Shown: in pieces, positions 9,623 through 18,481 of the stretch
How the letters are laid out: the number at the start of each line of letters is the position of its first letter
Numbering within the stretch: position 1 is the first letter of the stretch
Source of the DNA: Longimicrobiales bacterium
GTDB lineage: Bacteria; Gemmatimonadota; Gemmatimonadetes; Longimicrobiales; Gaopeijiaceae
Length of the DNA: 64,000 bases
Assembly (NCBI GenBank): GCA_965204735.1
Contig: OZ242008.1
Span: 1,280,001 to 1,344,000, forward strand
Direction of reading: 5' to 3'
Notes under the pieces: generated by a model
Seen by the model: the letters and a program-made list of their open reading frames with translations, nothing else
Databases searched by the model: none
What the model was told of the DNA's origin: nothing
Program-made: the position numbers and the translations under genes

Positions 9623-10417
9623 ATGAGCAAACGACGCCGTCCGCCGAAGCGAGTCGAGACGATCACCCACGACGAGGCGTCCCGCAAGAACATCCCGACG
9701 GCCAAGCACCAGCCCGTCATGTTCGAAGGCGACCGGACGCCCATTCAGGTCGCCTACGAGCGCCGCAACGCCGACCTCGACCCCCAGCTGGTGTGGCGTG
9801 GCAAGGACATGCAGGACTGGTCCGACCTCGTGGTGCCCGACTTAGCGCGCGCCGCCCGAGAGGCCGCCGAGGCCGGGTTCGACCTGTTGATCGCCTGCGC
9901 CTTCAACTTCGGCCCCCACACGACCGATTTCAACAAGCTGGGCCGCATTCGCGTGTTGAAGCCGCGGATCAACGCCGACCTTCACATGGCCGACGACCTC
10001 AAGAACACGGGCAAGGGCAACCTGTTCGTGATCTTTGGGGAGCCGGACATAGACATTATTCGGGTCGGCGACGACGGGTCCGAAGACGACAGGGTTCAGG
10101 TCAAGATTCGAGGCGTGGACGTCTTCCATCCGGGCAGCGGCGAGATTCGCAGCGACGACACCGACGGCATCGCCTGCTGGTTCATCGACACGGACTACAG
10201 CGAAGAGAGCTTTTTCGTCCGTCACGCCTACTTCCTTGGCGCGAGCGACCCCTACAAGTCCCTCAAGACCAGCCTGAAGGCCGAGATCAACCCCGACGCC
10301 TGGGCTACGCTCCATAGCGACACCTCCCGTCCCTTCCACCGGCCCGAGACGGGTCGCATCGCGGTCAAGGTGATCAACCACCTGGGCGATGAGGTCATGA
10401 AGGTGTTTCGGGCGTGA
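9623..10417 (+). pseudogene. Type III-like DNA methyltransferase (Mod) with in-frame deletion of the catalytic core
   Basis: Family N-terminus (RKNIPT..LDPQLVWRGKD..SDLVV) joined directly to the C-terminus (AAREA..LIACAFNF..LKNTGKGNLFVIFGEPDI..IAVKVINHLGDEVMKVF). No DPPY or FxGxG motif. Confidence 0.8.
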
Positions 10418-10776
10418 GTGCCGTTCCGCCGCCTTCGCCCACGCGCACCGGGATGACCCGCAACGACGTCCTCGACTTCCTGCGTGCTCACAAGGCCGAG
10501 TTGGCACGCCGGTTCGGTGTCGGGGATATTGCTCTCTTTGGTTCCTTCAGCCGCGACGACGCCACGGAGGACAGCGACATCGACATCTTGGTCCACTTCG
10601 ACCGTCCAGCGACGCTCAGGTCGTTCTTCGGTGCCCAGTTCTATCTGGAGGACAGGCTGGGCCGGCGAGTCGACCTGGTTACCCACAGGGCCTTGCGGTC
10701 GGAGTTCCGACCCTACGTGGAGGCAGAGGCGATCCACGTGGTCGAGCCCTTGGACGGGGAAGAGGGCGGACCGTGA
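10414..10776 (+). CDS. Minimal nucleotidyltransferase (MNT/MntA-like)
   Basis: LFGSFSRDDATEDSDIDILV (GS..DxD) and LGRRVDLVT. Confidence 0.9.
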   Translation: MSAVPPPSPTRTGMTRNDVLDFLRAHKAELARRFGVGDIALFGSFSRDDATEDSDIDILVHFDRPATLRSFFGAQFYLEDRLGRRVDLVTHRALRSEFRPYVEAEAIHVVEPLDGEEGGP

Positions 10777-12104
10777 AGCTGGACGCCTTTCGCCTGGAAG
10801 ACGTGCGGTGCTTCGCCGGACCGCAGACAGTTCGCATTCGGCCCCTGACTTTTTTGGTCGGCGAGAACAGCACCGGCAAGTCCACTGTTCTTGGGTGCAT
10901 GCAGGCAGTGGCGGACTACATGGCCGACACGGACATGGAGGTGGACCTCAATCGTCATCCTTACGAGATGGGGTCTTTTCGGGAGGTCGTGCGCAGGAGC
11001 CGGCCGCTCGTCCAGTCGTTCAAGCTAGGGGTGAAGTGGCGCGGGGACGACGAAGGAGAGGTTGCAAGCTACACGCTTGAGTTGCATGAGCGTGAAGGAG
11101 GAGCACGGGCGACTGTGCGCGAGGCCGTCTGGCGCTTGCCGGATGTCGAGTTTCGGATGCGCCTAGGTCGCCCCGGGAGACTCTCTCCGAGGATGTTTAC
11201 GAGAGCAAAGACCGGCGGCGGCGGATTGTCCGTGGTGTTCGACGTCCCGCAACCGTGGTTCTACCGGTTCCAGGCACGCCCTTGGAGGTGGTCTTTCATG
11301 CTTGATTCTCGGGTGAAAGGTGGTAAGCCCGTGAACAGGGCAGTTCGGTCTGTTGTCGCCAAGTACGCCAACCAGTTCCGAAGCCTCCAGTTCGGACTGT
11401 CGCCAGCAAGGAGCATTGCTCCGGTTCGGTCGAAGCCCGAGCGAACATACAATCCGTTCTCGGACGTGCCCGATCCCGAGGGCTCGGATGTCCCGGCAGA
11501 CCTCGCCGGCATTGCGAGAAGGGGAGGCCGCAAGTGGGACGATCTGAAGGCCTGGCTCGAGCGCTTTGGTCGCGAGTCTGGGCTGTTTTCCGAGCTTGCC
11601 GTAAGGCGGCTCGGAAAATCCGGTAGCGACCCGTTTCAGTTGCAGGTCAGGGCACGCGGTCCAAAAGCCAACATCAAGGACGTCGGCTACGGCGTCAGTC
11701 AGATTCTGCCGATCCTGGTTCGTCTTGTGCATCCAACGGAGAGGGCCGCTACCTTTCTTGTACAGCAACCAGAGGTGCATCTGCACCCACGAGGCCAAGC
11801 CGCACTGTCGTCCATAATGATCGGGCTCCTGGACCCCAATAGCGAACATCGTCGCGGACTGCCTTTGCGTTTCGTGATCGAAACCCACAGCGACTACATG
11901 ATCGACCGCGCCAGAATCGCGATTCGACGCGGACATATCTCGTCGGACGACGTTTCCTTGGTCTACTTCGAGGCGAAATCTCGCGGCGGAGTCGTTGTGC
12001 ACAACATCTGCTTCGACGAAATGGGGCACATGACGGGGGCTCCGGCCGGCTATCGGGATTTCTTTCTGAAGGAGTCCGACGCTCTGCTCGGCTTTGGGGA
12101 GTAG
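10773..12104 (+). CDS. ABC-family (AAA_15/AAA_21, DUF3696-type) ATPase
   Basis: Walker A GENSTGKS, signature DVGYGVSQILP, Walker B region LVQQPEVHLHP, H-loop IETHSDY, C-terminal G.....P.GYRDFF. Confidence 0.9.
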   Translation: MKLDAFRLEDVRCFAGPQTVRIRPLTFLVGENSTGKSTVLGCMQAVADYMADTDMEVDLNRHPYEMGSFREVVRRSRPLVQSFKLGVKWRGDDEGEVASYTLELHEREGGARATVREAVWRLPDVEFRMRLGRPGRLSPRMFTRAKTGGGGLSVVFDVPQPWFYRFQARPWRWSFMLDSRVKGGKPVNRAVRSVVAKYANQFRSLQFGLSPARSIAPVRSKPERTYNPFSDVPDPEGSDVPADLAGIARRGGRKWDDLKAWLERFGRESGLFSELAVRRLGKSGSDPFQLQVRARGPKANIKDVGYGVSQILPILVRLVHPTERAATFLVQQPEVHLHPRGQAALSSIMIGLLDPNSEHRRGLPLRFVIETHSDYMIDRARIAIRRGHISSDDVSLVYFEAKSRGGVVVHNICFDEMGHMTGAPAGYRDFFLKESDALLGFGE

Positions 12105-12108
12105 AGCG

Positions 12109-12537
12109 GTGTGCATCATACTGGACGCGAACCTGTTCAGCGACTACTTGCAGAACACGCCGGACATGAAGCCGGTGCGAAGATGGCTCGAGGGCGGCAG
12201 GGGAACACCAAGCAGGGGCAAGCTTGCCTACTCGCCGACTGCGAAGTTCCGGGCCGAACTCGGACGACATCGCAAGTTCAAGACGAAACTCGACGCACTG
12301 AATCGCGCTGGGCTGCTGAAGATGGTCCCGGAGAGCAAGGTTGCCGAGGAGGAGGGCAAGCTGCCGAACCTGAAGTCCGACGACCCTCACGTGGTCGCGT
12401 TGGCCGTCGCCGGACATGTTTCGCTTCTCGTTTCCAAGGACCAGGCCTTGCACAAGGACTTCAAGAAGGTGGCCGGAGGCAAGGTCTACCAAACGGCGGC
12501 GCACAAGCGTCTTCTGACCCCCGATCTGTGCGCATAG
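12109..12537 (+). CDS. PIN-domain nuclease (putative toxin/effector)
   Basis: IILDAN, RAEL, KSDDPHVVALA and LVSKDQAL supply the four acidic PIN positions. GTG starts 4 nt after the ATPase stop. Confidence 0.7.
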   Translation: MCIILDANLFSDYLQNTPDMKPVRRWLEGGRGTPSRGKLAYSPTAKFRAELGRHRKFKTKLDALNRAGLLKMVPESKVAEEEGKLPNLKSDDPHVVALAVAGHVSLLVSKDQALHKDFKKVAGGKVYQTAAHKRLLTPDLCA

Positions 12538-12550
12538 GCGCTTCGGTGAC

Positions 12551-13297
12551 GTGAAGGTCGCGCTCTTCGTTACCTGCCTTGCGGACCACTACTTCGCCGA
12601 GGCGGCGGCGGACGCGGTGCGCCTTCTCCGTCACCTGGGCTGCGAAGTGGACTTTCCGAGCGACCAGACGTGCTGCGGTCAGCCGGCCTACAACGCCGGC
12701 CGAAGGGACGAAGCGTGCCGGATGGCGCGCCACGCCGTGGAAGTGTTCCGGGAAGGGGAGTGCGGGGAAGGGGAGTGCCCGGTGGTCGTGCCCAGCGGCT
12801 CGTGCGCGACGATGGTGAAGAAGTTCTACCCGCGCATTGCGAAGGAGTCGTCGGCGCTCGCGAGCCGCACGTTCGAGCTGGCGGAGTTCGTCGTGCACCG
12901 GCTCGGGGTAGTCGATCTGGGTAGCGGCCTGGCCGGGAAGCGGATCGCGTTCCACCAAGGGTGCCACGCGCTCCGGGAGCTTCGACTCGAGACCGAGCCG
13001 CAGACGCTTCTCGAGGGCGCCGGCGCGGAGGTCGTGCCCTGGGAGGCCGCGGAGGAGTGCTGCGGATTCGGCGGCCTTTTCTCGGTCAAGATGACTGCCG
13101 TGTCGGGCGCGATGGCGGACCGCAAGCTGAAAACACTCCCGGACGGAGTCGACTGGGTGGTGTCCGGCGACGGCGGCTGCCTTCTGCAGCTGGAAGGCCG
13201 GAGCCGAGCGGAGGGAAGGGACGCCAAGCGCATCGACGCCAAGTTCGTGCACTTGGCCACCGCGCTCTGGAGAGGGGTCGGCGGCGCGCACTCTTGA
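12551..13297 (+). CDS. lutA: L-lactate utilization Fe-S protein LutA/YkgE
   Basis: VALFVTC, QTCCGQPAYNAG, PSGSC, HQGCH, ECCGFGGLF and D.GCL. Confidence 0.9.
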   Translation: MKVALFVTCLADHYFAEAAADAVRLLRHLGCEVDFPSDQTCCGQPAYNAGRRDEACRMARHAVEVFREGECGEGECPVVVPSGSCATMVKKFYPRIAKESSALASRTFELAEFVVHRLGVVDLGSGLAGKRIAFHQGCHALRELRLETEPQTLLEGAGAEVVPWEAAEECCGFGGLFSVKMTAVSGAMADRKLKTLPDGVDWVVSGDGGCLLQLEGRSRAEGRDAKRIDAKFVHLATALWRGVGGAHS

Positions 13298-13395
13298 GCC
13301 GGGCCCAGAATCGGTCCCATTCAGCCATGTAGACGCCCATCGCGGGTCGCAATACTTGAGGGGCAACCCCGATCTCCCACTTGCGGAGCGCGTCC

Positions 13396-14535
13396 ATGCC
13401 CGGCACTGGCCCCCGAGACCCCTGCTCCGACTCCGTCGAGCGCGAACCTTCCCCGGATCAGCCTCGCCAGGAGGCGCCTCCACGGGAGGAGGTGCGCCAA
13501 AAGGCGATCCACCAGCCCAAGGACAAGAGCGCCAAGAACTCCTACGGCGATTGGATCATGATGGGGGAGTTCCTCGACAAGCACCTCCCAAGGCGGCTTC
13601 TCGCCGGCCTGGACCTCGACAGGGCCCTCAAGACGTCGACGGAGTACGTCGACCGGAAGCACAGGACCGTTCGTCACGTGGACCTGATGTGGAGAATTCC
13701 CTTCCGCGATTCGTGGCTCTACCTGCTCGTTGTCTTCGAGGCCCAGTCTACCGTGGACTGGCAAATGCCCGTGCGGGTCCTGCTCCGGACTGCCCTGGTC
13801 TACGACGACATCCTTCGCGACCCGGAGGTGAGGAAAAGGCGCACGTTGCCGCTGGTGCTGCCGATCGTCGTCTACGTGGGAACGGAGCCGTGGGACGCGC
13901 CGACCGGCCTGGAGGAGCTCCTGCCGAAAGAGGCCAAGCCCTTCCTGCCGTTCGCCTTGGGGCACGACTTCCTTCTCGTGTCGGAAGCGGAGGAGGCGAA
14001 GGTGCTCGACAAGGCGGACACGCCTCGGACGGCTGCGCTGAAGTTGCGCTACGCCGAGGACCGGACGGAGTTTAGGGAGGCGTTGGCCACGCTGAAGAAG
14101 CTGTTGCCGGAAGAAAGCCCGACGCGGCAAGCACTCGTGGAGTGGGTGCGCACTTCAAGGATCGACGATGGAGCGACGGAGGAAGAGATGGCGGAACTGA
14201 GGACGCTCGAAGACCTGGGGAGCCCGGTGATGGAGACGTGGTGGGCGAAGGAGCGCCGGGAGGCCCGCGAGAAAGGCCACGCGGAAGGCCGTGCGGAAGG
14301 CCACAAGCAGGGTCTCCGGGAAGCCGAGACGCTGTTGCGGCGTCGGCAGCGGGCGACGCTGGTGCGCCTCGCGCGGCGGAAGTTCGGCGCGGAGACGGCG
14401 GAAGCGCTTGCCGCGCTCCTGGAGGGCGTGTCGGACGCCGAGCGCTTCGACGTGGTGGCCGACTTGATCGTCGACTTCGACAGCGGCCGCGATCTGCTGG
14501 CGCAGGTGGAGGACCTGCGTGCAGGTTCGCGCTAG
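13396..14535 (+). CDS. Rpn family recombination-promoting nuclease / putative transposase (YhgA-like)
   Basis: RHVDLMWRI..LLVVFEAQSTVDWQMPVR, LPLVLPIVVYVGTEPW, EG-repeat tail (KGHAEGRAEGHKQG) and LARRKFG. Start uncertain. Confidence 0.85.
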   Translation: MPGTGPRDPCSDSVEREPSPDQPRQEAPPREEVRQKAIHQPKDKSAKNSYGDWIMMGEFLDKHLPRRLLAGLDLDRALKTSTEYVDRKHRTVRHVDLMWRIPFRDSWLYLLVVFEAQSTVDWQMPVRVLLRTALVYDDILRDPEVRKRRTLPLVLPIVVYVGTEPWDAPTGLEELLPKEAKPFLPFALGHDFLLVSEAEEAKVLDKADTPRTAALKLRYAEDRTEFREALATLKKLLPEESPTRQALVEWVRTSRIDDGATEEEMAELRTLEDLGSPVMETWWAKERREAREKGHAEGRAEGHKQGLREAETLLRRRQRATLVRLARRKFGAETAEALAALLEGVSDAERFDVVADLIVDFDSGRDLLAQVEDLRAGSR

Positions 14536-15910
14536 CGAGTACGCGACCCGCTCGCGGGAGATCATCCGCCACGACCCGCAGGTCCGGGAGGCGGTCACAG
14601 GGGCAACTCTGGCGTTCGACCAGAAGCGGCGCCGCGCCTACGCCGAAGTCGACGCCGACGGCTGGCGCCGGTGGGCCGAAGGCGTGAAGAACCACGTCCT
14701 GACCCACCTGGACCACTACTTGCAGGAGGCCGAGGAGGCGTTCACGGCCAACGGCGCGCAAGTGCACTGGGCCGCCGACGCGGAAGAGGCCCGCAAGATC
14801 GTGGGGAAGCTGGTCGGGGAGTCTTCGGTGGGCACGGTGGTCAAGGGCAAGAGCATGCTGACCGAAGAGATCGGCCTGAACGCCGCGCTCGAAGAGGCCG
14901 GCGCAGAAGTGTACGAGACCGACTTGGGCGAATACGTCCTGCAACTGCTGGACGAGCCGCCGAGCCACATCCTGGGGCCTGCGATCCACAAGTCCCTGGA
15001 GCAGGTCCAGCGACTCTTCGCGGAGCGCCTGGGCGCGACCGAGGACAGCGACCCCGACGCCCTGGCCCAAGCGGCCCGAGGCGTGCTGCGGGAGGCGTTC
15101 ACCAGCGCCGACATGGGCATCACGGGCGCCAACTTCGTGGTGGCGGAGACGGGCACGGTCGCCCTGATCGAGAACGAGGGAAACATTCGCCTGGCCACTT
15201 CCCTGCCTCGCGTGCACGTGGCCCTGGCCGGAATCGAGAAGCTGCTGCCGTGCATGAGCGACCTGGCGGGCTTCCTGCAGCTCACCGCGCGGGCGGCGAC
15301 CGGCCAGCCTGTCGGCTGCTTCGTCACGTTGGTGCAGGGTCCGGCCGCCGCCCCGCAGGACGACGGCCCGGAAGAGGTCCACGTGGTCTTCCTCGACAAC
15401 GGACGGACCGACGTGCTGGCCCACGAGCACGCATGGGAGGCGCTGCGCTGCGTGCGCTGCGGCGCCTGTCTCAACGCCTGCCCCGTGTATCGCCAAACCG
15501 GCGGCCACGCCTACGGCTGGGTGTACTCGGGACCAATCGGCGCAGTGCTGGACCCCGGCCTGCTGGGGCTGCACGAAGCGATGCCCCTGCCCTTTGCGTC
15601 GTCGTTGTGCGGCGCGTGCTACGACGCCTGTCCCGTGCGCATCCCCATCCCCGAGCTGCTGCTGCGCTGGCGCGAAGAGGCCCAAGCGGCGGGACTGACC
15701 TCGCGCACCGAACGCTTCGCCTTGGCCGCGCTGGCGCAGGTCGCAGGACGACCGGGCCTTTACGAGGCCGCCGGGAAGGCCGGGTCGCGGATCGGTGCCG
15801 CCCGAGTCGCCCGCCGCCTTCCCATGCTGGGCGGCTGGACCCAGGAACGAGGAGCCCCCCGCCCCAGCCGTCGAACCTTCCGGGAACTCTGGCGGGACGG
15901 GATCGAGTGA
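14519..15910 (+). CDS. lutB: L-lactate utilization Fe-S protein LutB/YkgF
   Basis: KGKSMLTEEI, ETDLGEY, PSHI.GPAIH, ENEGN, CVRCGACLNACPVY and SSLCGACYDACPV. Confidence 0.95.
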   Translation: MQVRASEYATRSREIIRHDPQVREAVTGATLAFDQKRRRAYAEVDADGWRRWAEGVKNHVLTHLDHYLQEAEEAFTANGAQVHWAADAEEARKIVGKLVGESSVGTVVKGKSMLTEEIGLNAALEEAGAEVYETDLGEYVLQLLDEPPSHILGPAIHKSLEQVQRLFAERLGATEDSDPDALAQAARGVLREAFTSADMGITGANFVVAETGTVALIENEGNIRLATSLPRVHVALAGIEKLLPCMSDLAGFLQLTARAATGQPVGCFVTLVQGPAAAPQDDGPEEVHVVFLDNGRTDVLAHEHAWEALRCVRCGACLNACPVYRQTGGHAYGWVYSGPIGAVLDPGLLGLHEAMPLPFASSLCGACYDACPVRIPIPELLLRWREEAQAAGLTSRTERFALAALAQVAGRPGLYEAAGKAGSRIGAARVARRLPMLGGWTQERGAPRPSRRTFRELWRDGIE

Positions 15911-16626
15911 AGACGAGCGCGCCCGCGTCCGCGACCCGAGACCAGATGCTGGCCCGGGTGTCGGCTGCCCTTCGCGGTAGAGCAAAGGCGGCCCATCCGG
16001 GGCGATTGGAGACCCCAGCGCCGTCCGCCGCCATGGGGCCGTCCGCCGCCGCGGGACAGGGCCTCGCCCGCACCGACGCCGGGCGGCGCCAAGAGCTGGA
16101 GGCTGCGTTCGCGAAGCAGTTCGCGGCCAACGGCGGAGAGAGCGTGACGCCCGATCCGCACCGACCTCGAAACGAGTGGCTGGGCGACTTCATCGTGGGA
16201 GCGGAAGGCGGGCCGGACGGTCGGGCGGCAGCACCGACGGCAGCGCTGGCCCAGGACGTGCCCGCCGAACTGCGGCCCAACCTGCCGGTCGCCCCTCCGG
16301 CCCAAGCGGACGTGGGCGTCGTCCTGGCTTGGGGCGCCGTCGCCGAGACGGGCACGCTGCTGCTGACGCCGGACGGGGGACGAGCAGTTCAGCTGCTTCC
16401 GCCGACGCTCGTTGCATGGGTTCCCGCGGACCGGGTCTTCGCCAAGCTGGGGGACGCGCTGCTCGAACTGCCCGAACGCCTGCCCGCCGTCGTGGGCCTG
16501 CACTCGGGACCCAGCAAGTCGGCGGACATCGGGCGCACCGTGGTGACGGGCGTTCACGGCCCGGGCCGCTGCATCGCCGTGCTGGAAGGGGAACGGCGGG
16601 AAGCCGACTTCAGGCGGTCAGCTTGA
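15907..16626 (+). CDS. lutC: LUD-domain protein LutC/YkgG
   Basis: AVAETGTL, LLPP and SGPSKSADI..V.GVHGP; GTGA overlap with lutB. Confidence 0.85.
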   Translation: MKTSAPASATRDQMLARVSAALRGRAKAAHPGRLETPAPSAAMGPSAAAGQGLARTDAGRRQELEAAFAKQFAANGGESVTPDPHRPRNEWLGDFIVGAEGGPDGRAAAPTAALAQDVPAELRPNLPVAPPAQADVGVVLAWGAVAETGTLLLTPDGGRAVQLLPPTLVAWVPADRVFAKLGDALLELPERLPAVVGLHSGPSKSADIGRTVVTGVHGPGRCIAVLEGERREADFRRSA

Positions 16627-18237
16627 GGGCGAGACGGCGGCTTCCGAAGACTGACCGCCGCCCTCCGCCGCCAGCGCCCTCGCCACGGCGCCACGGTCGG
16701 GCTTGCCCGCGCCGGTCAACGGGATTTCGTCCACCACCACGACCCGCCTGGGATGGGCGTACGCCGGTCCGTTCCGCAACGCATGCGTCTTCAGCGCGTT
16801 GGGCGTCAGGGCGGCGCTGGACGCCAGCACCACCATCGCTGCCGGGACGTGGCCCTTCACCGGATGCGGCACGGGCTGGACCACCGCCGTCAGCACGTCG
16901 GGGTGCGAGACCAGCAGGTCCTCCACTTCCTTCGGGTAGATGTTCTCTCCGCCGGAGTTGAACATGTCGTCGGTGCGGCCCCGGAAGTAGAAGAAGCCGT
17001 CCGCGTCCCGGTGGAAGAGGTCGCCGGTCGCCAGCCATCCGTCCTTGATCCGCTCCGCGGTGACGGCCGGAAGGTTGTGGTAGCCGGGAGCGACGCCCGG
17101 GTTGCGCACCCACAGCTCGCCGTCGCTGGCGTGCTCGACGCCGTCCTGCACGAGCTTCACCTCGCCCTCGGGCCACGCGGCTCCGCAGCTTCCCCTGGGC
17201 ACGGGTCGGCCGTCGACGGGCGGCCCCAGCATCACCGGTCCTCCTTCGGTGAGCCCGTAGCTCTCGCCCACGTCCACGCCGAACGCCCGCTCGACGGCCT
17301 CCAGGAGCTCCGGCTGCACGGGCGCCGAACCCAAGGTGATCGTCCGGAGGGCCGAGAAGTCCAGCTCGCGAATCAGCTCCCGGTGGTTCAGCGCAATGGC
17401 GAACAAGGCCGGAACTCCGCTGACCCGAGTGCACTTGTGCTCGCTCAGCGCCCGGAGGAACGACTTCGGCTCGAAGCCGGGCAGGATCACCACCGAGCCG
17501 CCGGCCTGCAGCAGCGGCTTGACCGCCCCGAGCATCGCGTTCTTGTGGTAAAGGGGAACGGCGACCAGCGCCCGCTCCCAGGGTTCGACCGGCCAGTGCT
17601 CTTGCGCGCACCTCAGCCACCAGAGCTGGCCGGAGTGCGGCAAGACCACGCCCTTGGGCTTGCCCGTGGAGCCCGAGGTGTAGGGGAGGAACGCGAGGTC
17701 GCCGGGCTTGACCCGTGGCGGATCGAACGTCGCGGGAACGTCGGCGAGGGCGGCCTCGTAGTCGCGCCATGCGTGGCGGGGGCCGACCGGATCGGCGTCT
17801 GGGCCGTCGCGCCGCCGACCCACGCTCCAGCAAGGACCGATGCCGGCGTCCTCGACGACCGCCGCCGCGCGTTGTGCCGCCGGATCGACGAACGCCGTCC
17901 TGCAGCCCGAGTCGGCGACCACGTGCGCAAGGGCGTCGAAGCCGAGCTTCAAGTTGAGGGGCACGGGCACGGCACCGGCGCGCATGGCTCCGAACATGAT
18001 CTCGACGAACTCGAAGCGGTTGCCGACGCCCAGCGCCACCCGGTCGCCCCGCCGCACGCACGCCCCGGCCAACAGCCCCGCGACCCGGTCCATCCGCTGG
18101 CCCATCTCGTCGTAGGCTACGATCCGGGGCGCGTCCGCCGAGAGGTCGAGGAGCGCGGTCCGCCGGGGAAACCGGCGGCAGGCGTCGTGGCACCAATAGC
18201 CCAGATTGCCGCGACGCCTGCTGTCGATCGTCGTCAA
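16618..18237 (-). CDS. Class I adenylate-forming enzyme (acyl-CoA synthetase family)
   Basis: YTSGSTGKPKG, YGLTEG, GWLATGD, GRTDDM..SGGENIYP.EVE and TGAGK. Confidence 0.92.
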   Translation of the reverse strand: MTTIDSRRRGNLGYWCHDACRRFPRRTALLDLSADAPRIVAYDEMGQRMDRVAGLLAGACVRRGDRVALGVGNRFEFVEIMFGAMRAGAVPVPLNLKLGFDALAHVVADSGCRTAFVDPAAQRAAAVVEDAGIGPCWSVGRRRDGPDADPVGPRHAWRDYEAALADVPATFDPPRVKPGDLAFLPYTSGSTGKPKGVVLPHSGQLWWLRCAQEHWPVEPWERALVAVPLYHKNAMLGAVKPLLQAGGSVVILPGFEPKSFLRALSEHKCTRVSGVPALFAIALNHRELIRELDFSALRTITLGSAPVQPELLEAVERAFGVDVGESYGLTEGGPVMLGPPVDGRPVPRGSCGAAWPEGEVKLVQDGVEHASDGELWVRNPGVAPGYHNLPAVTAERIKDGWLATGDLFHRDADGFFYFRGRTDDMFNSGGENIYPKEVEDLLVSHPDVLTAVVQPVPHPVKGHVPAAMVVLASSAALTPNALKTHALRNGPAYAHPRRVVVVDEIPLTGAGKPDRGAVARALAAEGGGQSSEAAVSPSS

Positions 18238-18253
18238 TCGCCGCCGACCGTCG

Positions 18254-18481
18254 TCAATCGCCCTCTCCCACCGGAACGGCCAGCACGGCGATGCAGAGCA
18301 CGGTCACCGCCCCGCCGCCGATCGCCGTCGCCCATGCCCAGGGCGCGTCGGTCCTGAGGACGTAGGAGATGCCCAGCAGCGTCGCGACGTTGGCCACGAG
18401 GTTGACGACCAGCCCCAAGGTGCGGCCCCGGAAGCGGCCTCCCATGAACTCCCGTTCCAAGAAGCGCCTGATCACGGTCAC
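18254..18481 (-). CDS. Small 2-TM membrane protein
   Basis: 75 aa with two hydrophobic helices; GTGA-coupled to the upstream transporter. Confidence 0.55.
   Translation of the reverse strand: MTVIRRFLEREFMGGRFRGRTLGLVVNLVANVATLLGISYVLRTDAPWAWATAIGGGAVTVLCIAVLAVPVGEGD

Noticed and set aside
13298..14535. Rpn gene as an IS element
   Set aside because: No terminal inverted repeats, target duplication or DDE motif; Rpn proteins are PD-(D/E)xK nucleases.
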